Assembly (NCBI GenBank): GCA_046563655.1
Contig: CM102289.1
Span: forward strand, 9,734,001-9,798,000
Origin: Yuukianura sp. NJ FZ-2021
Taxonomy: Eukaryota
Reading direction: 5' to 3'
DNA length: 64,000 nt
Position 1 is the stretch's first letter. Each line of letters starts with the position of its first letter. The translations under genes were made by a program, and so were the position numbers. Shown here piece by piece: positions 26,062 to 36,700 of this stretch. The notes beneath the pieces are model-generated. The model searched no databases, was not told the origin of the DNA, and was given only the letters and a program-made list of their open reading frames with translations.

Positions 26062-26355
26062 TTTGAGACACGACGGAACAGGAGTCGATTAAATGTCTCG
26101 AAGGAGTATCAAAAAAAGTACTATATAGATGTTCAGTCCTTCCTCCTGCGAAGACGGATTGATTGCGGAAAAGTGATCTGACTTTTGGACGTTTCTGCAG
26201 GAAGACTGTTTAAAAACGACGTGAAAACGACAGGGTTGTCATGGATACGAAATATATACGTTTTTTTTTGTTCACTGACAAAATGTACCAATCCAGTACT
26301 TTGAAAATTAACATACAAGGTTAAAATTAAAATCTAAGCTTTGAAATTATCTTAG

Positions 26356-26503
26356 AGCTTGCTTTATCTGTGTATCTGCGGCTTAATCTTCTGGTGATGA
26401 ATGAAGGTCGCGTCTCGCGTGTGCCTGCAATATAGTGGTTTCAGAAATTTCGGAGGATTGACCTCTCCTATAACGTGATGCAATTCCACCAATCACAGAC
26501 AAG
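26356..26503 (+). pseudogene. frameshifted relic copy of LRR gene exon 2
   Basis: agcttgctttatctgtgtatctgcgg...ggaggattgacctctcctataacgtgatgcaattccaccaatcacagacaag|gt aligns to 24018-24164 with indels. Confidence 0.85.
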
Positions 26504-26697
26504 GTTCAATTATAATCTGAGGATGAAGATCAAAATTTGCTTAAAAAAATGAAAAAAAAAAAATAGAGAAAAAAAACAATTCTATGAACAGTATTTTCAT
26601 TCGCACAAAAGATACAATGTCGTTTCGTTTTTTTAAACAAAAATACAAAATTTTAGTTTTTTTCAGTATGTCAATGTTTCTTGCTTTGTTTTTTGAA

Positions 26698-27527
26698 TTA
26701 CTGGAATACGCTGCACAGAAAACCAGCGATGAGTACAGCCATGGATGCTTGAAGCGACGCTGCATCACCTTTCTTAGATCCAACGACGGGTGCAGTAGTC
26801 TTATTGGGCTTAACGACCGACGGAACAGGTTCTCCTAATTTCACTTTACCCGGAAAGTACCCGCGTGTATTAGCTTTATGCTTCGCGTTCGGGTCGTTAG
26901 GCTCAGGATGTTCAGAGTAGGCCCAAAGGACATACATTCCATTCTGCAAAAACGTCACATAGGTCAAACTTAATCGATTAACTAATCAACTAATCAATTA
27001 ACTAATTAATTGACTTACCAAGTCAATGACAACGTCCTGCTTTTTATCTCCAGTATCAAGCGGGCGGATGAAAGACATGGAGGACGTATCCGTACGAACA
27101 TCTCGCTTAGCGGTTCGATTGACTAAACTTTGGATGGTGTCTTTGAATGGCTGTCCGGTTGATAGAGCCCAGTAATCCTAAGTACAAAATGAATGTAAGT
27201 CAATTACTAGACTAATTGCGTAATCAATTACTCTCAAGTGTGACTAACCGCAACTTCGAGTGCCGTGTCGTTAATACGACTTGCGATGGCCAAGTCTGCT
27301 TGGGCCATGCTTGAGCTGTATTTAGAGAATCCGAGGCCGATGAATCCCTTGGCCCCCTTGACAGTAACGAAGCACTGCAAAGCAGGCTTCCCGTCGGGAC
27401 CCTTCGTCAAAGCCCACTCAAACTTGTAGGCTCCATTGTTGGCCTGCAGGGAATTCAAAGCGACTTTAGAAGTAACCAGGGTTGCCATGGCCACAACCAG
27501 CAGCACTGACAAAGTCGTGTAGATCAT
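26698..27527 (-). CDS. secreted, probably GPI-anchored single DOMON-domain protein (copy 2); exons 27527-27249, 27177-27019, 26943-26698
   Basis: Paralogue of 25240-26061 with the same intron positions. GFIGLGFS..SSMAQADLAI, DYW, FIRPLDTGD, LWAYS...KH...RGYF and a hydrophobic tail. Confidence 0.85.
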
Positions 27528-28296
27528 TTTGGAACACGGAAGAGGAGTCGATCAAATGTCAGAGCAGTGTCCAAAAGAGTCCTAAGAATGTTCCTCTTGA
27601 CTGTTGAAGAGTCATCTTTTGACCTTCCGGAAGTGAGGCTGTTGAAAAACAAAATGAAAACGAAACGGTTGGCATGGATACGAAAAGCATTTGCTTTTTG
27701 TTTACTGCCAAAATTCTACCAACCAATACTTTGCAAAGTTCCTTGCATAAACCCAGCCGTAATGGAATGCGTACGGATATTTTTAAATGGAAAAACCCTC
27801 CCTTGAAAATTTAAAAAAAAAGACTACCGGGAATTTTCAAATTCATTCGTGTTTTGCCATTGCAGAATGTTAAAGCGCAAATTGAAAATGGCAATTGCGA
27901 AACTACTTTATAAATTGCAATAAAATTAGTAATCGATCGGGTATTGAACTTCTAAATCTTGACATTTCCGCCATTTGTTGATTACGAGGTTAATGGAGTT
28001 AAGCTCCAGCCAAATTTGTGACACCCAGAAGTTTGTGATAATTAAAGTTTTTTTTTTAAATTAAAAATTATGTAAATGGAGTTTTGCATTTCGCACTATT
28101 TGGCAATTGCAATTGCCAATTGCCATTCCTTTTCCTCTAAATCAAAAGTCAGCTGTTTCCTATGTTTATTTTTGAAAACTTGATTTGAAAATTCAAAATT
28201 GAAGTTAAATTGGTTAAATTTCAATTACACGAGATAGTATTAGGATTCAATTAATTAATTGTTCACATTCTCTTGCTGAATTGAAGCTAAACTAAA

Positions 28297-29132
28297 ATGT
28301 CTGGTCTACCCATTACACGGAGCACCATTTTTACAGCGTGGAAGCTTGTAACGCAAAGTAGTCAAAGGTAATCAGTCAAAATTTAATTCAGAGTCAGTCA
28401 CACTAGAAATCAGATTAGTTGCTCTGCTAATTGACTCTACTTGTTGCTTTACAGGAGATTGATTTCTGTGTCAGCTGCTCGGCGGATTCCGGAGGACCTG
28501 GACAAGAATTTAAAAGTGTCAGAACGACCCCAACTTGACTTCCAAAAGACACTCACGAGTAAGGAGGAACTGGAATACCGGGAGCGGCACAAGAATGCGC
28601 AAATCACTGTTGCTCCAATTGTAATCAATCGCCACAAGATTTAATTGAGAACTCAAAATGGATTCAAGATTTAAGGCTTTAGTTTAATGAAAACTCTAAT
28701 TTATGTAGGAGGACATTGCCCCTGTAACAGGAGTTCCGGAAGAGCATGTCAAGTCCCGCCGCGTACGAATCTTCCAGCCTAGCAAGAACGCCATGCAGTC
28801 TGGAACGAACAACACACACAAGTGGCGAATGGAGTTTGAAACGAGAGAGCGCTGGGAGAATCCGCTCATGGGATGGACATCATCGTAAGAACCTTGCCAT
28901 TACTAATTATCAACTAAAGTTAATTAAATTGCATTAACTTTTATCCGTATTTAGTGGAGATCCTCTCTCCAACATGAACGTGGACTTTGGCAACAAGGAG
29001 GATGCAATTGAATTCTGCGAGCGAAACGGTTGGCCGTGGTTTGTTGAAGAACGTATTGAGAGACAAATGAAACCAAAGTCATATGGAGCCAACTTTTCCT
29101 GGAACAAGAACACACGAGTGTCCACGAAGTAG
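28297..29132 (+). CDS. NDUFS4: NADH:ubiquinone oxidoreductase 18 kDa subunit, 4 coding exons
   Basis: [66 protein letters not shown], with a basic presequence-like N-terminus. Confidence 0.96.
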
Positions 29133-29290
29133 ATTGGAAAGTAGCACTTATTATTTAATCATCGAAGATTCAACTAGAAACCCACGTAAATCGTCTATAA
29201 TACGCTCCCTTACAGACTAGTAGTTGAAGCTAATGTTGTCTGAAGGTTAAATGTGAATGAAATTACATCATGGATTGCTTGTGCCGCTGT

Positions 29291-29343
29291 TTACATCATG
29301 TAACTTACATCATGCAACTTACATCATGTAATTTACATCATGT
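29291..29343. repeat. 14-bp tandem repeat (TTACATCATGYAAY) x4 between the convergent NDUFS4 and FKBP8 3' ends
   Basis: Read directly. Confidence 0.8.
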
Positions 29344-29378
29344 TTCAATTGGAATTGAGTAGAGAGTGAGTGTATATT

Positions 29379-31056
29379 TCAGGAGACGTATCGGTAAGCC
29401 ATCACTCCAGCAATGGCAACAATTATTCCTCCAGTGATGAGAGCAAGGTTGAATGGCCGTTTGAATCCAGACTTGGAGTCGTCTTTTCCTTTTCCATTTG
29501 CTTGTGAGTTTGGATTAAACATTCGTTTGTACAGAATCTGCTCATTTTGCTTCTCCTCTTTTCTCTTCGCAGTGATTTTCTTGATTTCCTAAAGAAAATC
29601 ATGGTAAATTAACCAAGGAATCAATTGATTAATTGAGTAATTACTTGTAAGATAGCGGCATTTCCAGAATCTATGTCCAGTGCGTGTCGCAGCACCTTCA
29701 GAGCATCTACGGTATCTCCTTTAGCGGAAAGAATCTGCAAGGTGAAAATTGTGTTAAAACATTGCTGAAACCTTGCGTTAAAACATTGTGTTGTGTTAAA
29801 ATAGTTGTTTAACTTACCATTCCCTTACGGTATAAAGCCTTGACGTTTTCCGGTTGACATTTTAGCACTGCGTCGACGGACTTTAGGGCGGGTCCATATG
29901 CTTGCAGTTTGAGTTGAGCTGCTGCCATGTTGTTGTAAGTTTTCAGTCTGTCTTCAAATAGAAGTTTCAACTCTTCTGCAGAATCCTTTGTTTCAGAACT
30001 CTAAAACCACAAGATTTAACAGTTTAAGAGTGAAAATTACTTATTTTGTGTAATTCTTACCTCGCCTTCATCACCTTCCGGAATTGAAATCCCTCCTTCG
30101 ACTTCATCCAAGAACTCGAGTGCTCTTCGATAACATTGAACTGCTGGTCCATGATCTCCACGACTGTACCACCAATTCCCTCTCTCTCGCTTCCGATTAC
30201 CGATTTGTCGTCTTTGAGCTGCAGACAGTTCATGAAGTTCCTTTTCTTGCTCGAATTCAATCAACTCAACATTGTACAAAACCCAAGCTTCAGGTGGCAC
30301 TTGTGGAGGAAGTCCTTTGGCACCAAAGGCAAATCGAGGAGCTACTGAAATTGTAGCAATTTCACCTTTACACATCAACGGAATAGCCAAATCTAACCCT
30401 GAGATGACCTGAAAGTGAGTAAGTCCGAACATTTACGGTACTCCAGAGAACAACAAAAGTTATCAATGTCACTCATTGATGCTTACCTCGGCATCTCCCA
30501 ATTGAAAAGTAGATTTCTGCTCGGGTTGGAACACAACAGATTCATCTTCTGCCAACCACCCTTTGTAACTGACAGTACAAACTTCTCCTCGAAGGGGCCT
30601 TGTATTCGGAACTCCTTCTTTTATAACCTATACAGAGATAAATGTTACTTTACCAACAAAGATACCTTGATTAATCGATTAATTAAGTTGTACCTTCTTC
30701 ATCAACTGATCATTTCCGAGTATCTGGACCCATCCATTGTTAGCCTCCAGTTCACTAGCTATTTCTCCTTCTATTTTGTTGGCTTGCTGAACTTCTTCGT
30801 CAGGAACATCGTGCTCCTTGACCTCTGCTGCCTTGTCGCCAATGTCCTCTGCTTCCAGTGATTCCTTTTCTTTTTGACTTGTGCTCAACATGGAGTCGGA
30901 ATGCGGCACTACTGGCTCCTCTACTGGCACTTCCATGCTTGGCTCAGTCGTAGGGGCAACGTTTCCTCCAGCATTTTCTGGAATGTTCTGATTGATCTCG
31001 ATACCATCACCGTGTGACAAGTCTTTATTCGGCTCTTCCAGGAAAGTTGTGGACAT
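29379..31056 (-). CDS. FKBP8: FKBP38-type peptidyl-prolyl isomerase (FKBP + TPR + C-terminal TM); exons 31056-30694, 30627-30487, 30408-30061, 30000-29818, 29734-29645, 29588-29379
   Basis: Acidic N-terminus, WVQILGNDQLMKKV, FQLGDAEVISGLDLAIPLMCKGE, KRERGNWWYSR, NNMAAAQLK, NVKALYRKG, LYKRMF and tail anchor LALITGGIIVAIAGVMAYRY*. Confidence 0.92.
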
Positions 31057-31342
31057 GGCTTAAATCTTGGAGTCGAATCCACTGGCCCTGGAAATGCAAA
31101 ATATGAATTAAACCAATTCAAAAGCAAGTTATAGTGAAGTTATTACCTTATTATATTCCACGAACAGCAAGAATTAATTAATTAACTGTTAATTACTTAC
31201 GATTATTCTTAAAAACTACAAAAACAACATTCCAAAGGTCAAAAACCGAGAAAGTGGAAAAGTGACTTTACAAAAAAACTATAAAATTTGAACTTTTCAG
31301 TGAACTTCCCGCCTTGCACTTAAATCAAAAATTTCAAACGAG

Positions 31343-31351
31343 AGATGGCGC
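31343..31351 (+). promoter_or_regulatory. CTCF-like core motif AGATGGCGC in the FKBP8/HMG divergent interval
   Basis: Motif sits between head-to-head genes and parallels 23167. Confidence 0.35.
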
Positions 31352-31649
31352 GAATGTCGCTAAAAAGAAAGCGGAGAAAGCAGAATCAAATGATTTTCAC
31401 TAAATTATAAAATTAATTATAATTATTAATTATTTTATAGCATAGAATTAAATGACTAAAAAACCATCGCAGTGTTGCTTTGACAAACACAGTAAATTTC
31501 AACTTTTTGAGTCTTAATTTGATATGTTTACACGTTTGGGAATACGATGGAAATCACATGATAAACGATCCACTTCTTTTCCAGCCACCAATCAAAGTTG
31601 ACCTCTCCGTGTCACGTGACCTTGAAAAAAACATTACAAGTGACTAAAT

Positions 31650-32431
31650 ATGGCCACGATGGTTCCGCTGCCACTTCCTCCACCGCCGCCTGACCATCTT
31701 CTGGTTCCAATTGGCCAAAGGGTGACACGGTGTCGACGCAAGCGCAAAGCAGACCCAAATATTGCCAGCATCCTTCCATTAAAACCTAAAAAACCGGCGT
31801 CAGCATTCAACTTGTTCGTTCGCGACTACTACCAAACTGGCAAGCATCGAGCTGTTCCTCGGGTCGCTTCACATTTTCAGCCAATCATATCACTACTCTT
31901 AGCTTAATTGAACTAACTAATTAGTTAATCTCTGATTTTAGTACCGTGATGTCCTCAAATCCGCCGGTAGAAGTTGGCGTGAGAATGCTTCTCAACGAAA
32001 CCGTTACGAATGGCTTGCCCGTCCACTACTGGCTGCCTACCGTCGTGAATATGCACAGTACAAGGCCAAGATGGCTCTGCTCAAACGTCCGGGAAACGCT
32101 TTCAACTTTTTCGCCAAGGATCTCTGGCGGGTAAAATTCAAATTATAGAGCAGTTTTGTTTTAAACGGTGTTGAAAAACTTCACTTTTTAAACTTAGCGT
32201 GAGCGTAACGGTCGTTCATTTGCTGAGATGGGTCGCCATGCTACGGAAACTTGGAGATCAATGTCTGCTGAAGATCAGGAACCGTTCATTGCGCAGGCGC
32301 GTCAAGCGCAGCAAACGTACAACACTATGATTGGACGACTTAAAAGTCGCAGTGCTCGAGTCGATGACTATTTGCCGCAATCAACTCTGCGTCAACGAGT
32401 TAGGTCCGCTACTAGCTGCTGCTGCTTCTAA
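31650..32431 (+). CDS. basic tandem HMG-box protein; exons 31650-31862, 31942-32130, 32198-32431
   Basis: Box A: KPKKPASAFNLFVRD...VLKSAGRSW...RYE...YRREYAQY. Box B: KRPGNAFNFFAKD...FAEMGRHATETWRSMSAEDQEPF. Phase-0 introns (first donor GTCGCT is weak). Confidence 0.85.
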
Positions 32432-33742
32432 ACACACACAAAAGTATTTTCTAAACTTATAACTTTTCAACTTAAACTTTAAAAAAAAACGGGATTTGGT
32501 ATAATTTTGAAGGGTTCTTAAGAACCCTCTACAAAAGTTGAGCAAAACTTGAGAAAAATTTCATGAATTGAGCAATAAAAGCACTTTTGTTTCAAATGGG
32601 CATGCAGTTAGTTGAATTTGGTTTTCTGAAAATAGTTTTCAGAAAGAATCTATTTTTCAAAATTTTGAAAACTACTTTAACATTGGTCACGAAGTGCAAA
32701 CATATTGGAGCGGATCTTAAGTTTTTTGTTGGATTCCGTTAAGGACTTGAGGGGAGCGTGGCAGAGAGATAAAATGCGGCGTTTGAACTCCGAGTAACCT
32801 CACTTGCTCCGAAACTGCACAGGAGAGCAGACGTACAGATTTGAGGATTTAGTTGGAATATCTCCGCAGCATCCGCAGTATCCAGCACAAGCACATCCAG
32901 CATCATGAAAGTCGTAACAGTTCCCACGTCACCGCAACAAAAACAACACTGTCTCATCAAAACTCTGGAGTGCGTCGTGTGGCCTCGTTCAAAGGAAAAT
33001 TGAAATTCAAGAATCGAAAATCGAAAGGAACGGCGGTTTTCATGGACGGTGTTCAAATTAATTAAAAGTGAATCCAAACAAGCAGAGTTTTAGTAATTAA
33101 AAGGCAGGAAAACATTTTGTTCTAAGAAAAAGACAGAAATTGAACACTTCGACAAACAACAACTTTTGCTAAAAAACACCGAAATTTCAGCGTCTTCTTC
33201 CTAAGTTTTTCCTAAACTTACTTAATCCTCACGTCGAAGTTTTGAAACAGGTTTCATCAAAAGTGTTTTCTCATTACTAACACAGTTCTATTTTTTTGTG
33301 TCAAAATTTCAGTGAACTAAAATAGATCAGTGAAAAAATCGAAAATTATTGAACAAACGCAATCTACAAGTAACTGAAACTGTGAAAGTTACGTTTTAAC
33401 TTTTAACTTGTTTTAACTTTTCACTGGAGAAGAAGTTAAACTTGACATTTGAGTTTGACACAATGCCGACTGAGAGTTGACATATCATGTGGACACGCAG
33501 TTTGGACACAAGAAAAAATACGATACGGAAATTGGGAAAACTAAACCAATAAAAGAGAAAGCAACTGATTTCCGGTGGCCACAAAATTTCATTTCCAAGT
33601 TGCTCCAATCACTGCATCTCCACTACTGCCTTCGAATTTCATCAATTTAAACTTTCCCGCCAATTTTTTCAATCAAAAATTTTTTAACTTTTAACTTTTT
33701 AACACACCGAAATCCTCTCAGTTCCAATTTAAAAAGCGCCGG

Positions 33743-36700
33743 ATGGAAACAATGGCTCAAGCACTTTTTACACTTTCCGTACTTTCACTTTTCGCTTCGT
33801 CTCTTACAACTGTTGGAGGAAGCACAGGAGAAGGTAAGCCACTTTCACTTAAGAAATCCAATTTTTTAAAAATGAAATTTTGAAAAGTTGAAAAAAGAAT
33901 CTTAAAATTCAGTTGTGCCGGCACATTTAAATGATCCATTAGCCAGCTTGAAGCTTTTCTTAAAAAAAGAATCCATTAATCAAAATCATCAAAATCCGGC
34001 CGGAAAGCTGCGTCTCAGAGTTGTGCGCATCTCTTTTTTAAACCGAGCTTTAATGTTTCGCTTCTTCCTACCAAAAACATGGTCTAATTCACTTTCAAAA
34101 TTTGAAAATAAGGTTCAAAAATTTCGAAAATGAGAAATTTTGGAAATGTTTGCTTTGAAGTATTTTTCGTGGTAATTTATTAGCCACGTTCCATTAATTC
34201 CAGGCATGTTTTTAATTTGTCCACTTTCTCATTTTAAGTTTTAGCGGTTACTTTTGTTTACATTTCGTTTGAAAGATGAGTAGCCTGGAGGAGGAGGAGG
34301 AGGAGGAGGAGGAGGAGGAGGAGGGAGGAGGATGACAGGGAAACAATTGGAAAGCGTTAGTTTTAATTATCTTTCTCCTTTTAATTAAGAAATGAGGCTT
34401 CGTTGGATGAGGTAGCGTTGAGTTTATTTACTTTTACTAAGCATTTCTGTTGCTGGAGGTAGAAAAGTGAAAGTGAAATGAATTTTCATAGAGCAGATGA
34501 TAATTGAGGGTAATGCGGGCGGTGGAAGCTAAAACTCCGAAGTTACCCGCCTTTTCTTAACTTTGAATCCGGGCGTGGTCTTTCATTAAACAAAGGCTGG
34601 GAGCCCCGGAACAACTAAATTCTGCGTTTCATTTTGTGTCTTTATCAAACATTCTTCAGTAGAATAGAAAGGAACAACAGAAAATTTAGACACTGTTTGT
34701 CTAAATTGTCTGTTGGTCCACGGGTAGCTTAAAAGTAGTCGTAATTCTATAGGCTTTTAGTCCAAACGACTATAACCCTCAAGCCATTCTAAAGAATTGT
34801 CCGCCGTCCTTTAATTTTATTATCATCACTATTCCACTGAAACGCACAAAATTCACAGCTTTCTCTTGCTCACTATTCCACTGAAACGCAGAAAACGCAA
34901 CTTTCACTTCTTAAACTCAAACGTCGCGCACAACTCAAAAAAATTCAACTTTAAAAAAGTGTCCGAATTATGCAAAACACGTCAAAAATTTTGCTGTTTT
35001 AAACGACAGTGAAATGTTACAATAAGACAAGCAAGACGACAAAAAGTGAAAGTAGTTCAAAGTTTTTTCTTTCTTAACTTTTTTTTTTAAGTTTTTGGAA
35101 ATTTTTTTAAAAATTTTGAAGAGTGGGAAAACTGGGCTTTTAGAAGTGAACGCCGGGTGGGAATTATTTGACACCTATGTTGATTAGAGCTTCATGAAAG
35201 CATCTGGTTGAGGCGTAAATTGTTAGACTAAAGTACTAAATTGTTAGAGTAAAGTAAATTGTTAGAGTAAAGTGAGACCAAAGTCATAGAACAGAGACGT
35301 GTTTCATTAGTTTGGATTTCAAATAGACGAATTTTAGTCGGGAGACTATAAAGCCTATAACCAGAGTGGTGCAGTGGCGGCGTGTGAACGTGCAAATGAA
35401 ATTTATTCTAATTTGCACGCACTGCAGCACTAAAAATATGCACACTCTGGGAATTTCTGGAACAAATCCTGCCCAACATCCTTCTTCCTCTGGAAACTTT
35501 TTGAAACTGACTCAGTTTCTGTTTTTATGGAATCAAAAAAGTTTCATAAGAGAAAAGTAAAAAGATTTGAGAGTAAAATGATTATAAAACTGATCACGAA
35601 CGAATGTTATGTTAGAGGGCATACGGAAAACTTATAAACAAGTTTATGACAAGGATCCAAATTCAATAAATCAAAGAGAAAGCAGCTTACTCATGTCAAT
35701 CTTGAATTTCATCCAAAATTCCTAAACTAGAAGCAACGCAGATGAAATTTTGCTCCGTTTTCAAAAAGCATGCTACTCAATTTGATGTTTATGCGTGCAA
35801 CTTTCAGATTTTTTAAAATGTTTGATAGACACAAGCTTTTTTGAACAGAAAAAGCTGTTGAAAAGCTATTGTTTCTGCTATTTTCTTTGTATAATGTCTA
35901 AAAATACTGAAAAAGTTTCATATTTTAAATAAATGCGTGCCTGCGAATAAATTTTGGGATTTTGAAAACTTTTTTTTGCGTCTTTTGTTTTTTTAGTTTT
36001 GAAATTTTTGTTCACGCGCGTTCCTCCATATATAAGTTTTTTCGAAACTTTTTTTGTGAAAGTGGATGACACGCCATTATTTCCATACGAAAAGAAAAGT
36101 GTTCACAAAAGACACTTTTTGCAGTTAATATTTTGTGCGTAGCAAACTAAAGGTTTGGTTGTCACTGTCTTACACTAAAAATTTACTTTTATTAGATTTT
36201 TTTTTTACTTTTTTAGTTATTTAACACAAACCCTGTTGAAACACATTCATAAAACAAACTTTCAACTTTTCTTTTTCAATTCTTCCACTTTTGTGTGTGA
36301 TTCATGGGCTAAAAATCAGAACAATGAAATCCGGCTTTCCTTTTCAAAAACTCAGTTTTTACTTAGAATTTTTTCAATTTAGAAAACTTTGGAAGTAGAG
36401 AAAGTCTGATTAAACAAAAAAATCTAAGCTTTCTCATTGTTTCGTTGTGTCAACTTTTTTGAAAAAAATGACAGTAGAGTGTTCAAAACTTTCTGATTCA
36501 TCATCCGACTTTGAACTTTTGTTTATCAAAAACAAAACTTTCAATAATTTTTTTTTCTTTTTTTGAAAATGAACAAAGAGCTGCAAAATTTAAGTTTAAG
36601 TTCCCAAATTTATTCACCGCGGTGTGTCCGACGCAGCGGAATCTTCAAAGTTTTGAAGCATATAAGAAATTGAAAACTTGAGTTTACAAATACCGACATT

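Noticed and set aside
15385..30861. Antisense ORFs overlapping CDK7, CCT3, DOMON and FKBP8 exons (e.g. 21714-22304, 30415-30861)
   Set aside because: Shadow frames of real coding exons.
32739..33077. 112-aa minus ORF in a GC-richer patch upstream of CSPG4
   Set aside because: No domain or splice support, and partly CAGCATC repeat; more likely UTR or regulatory DNA.
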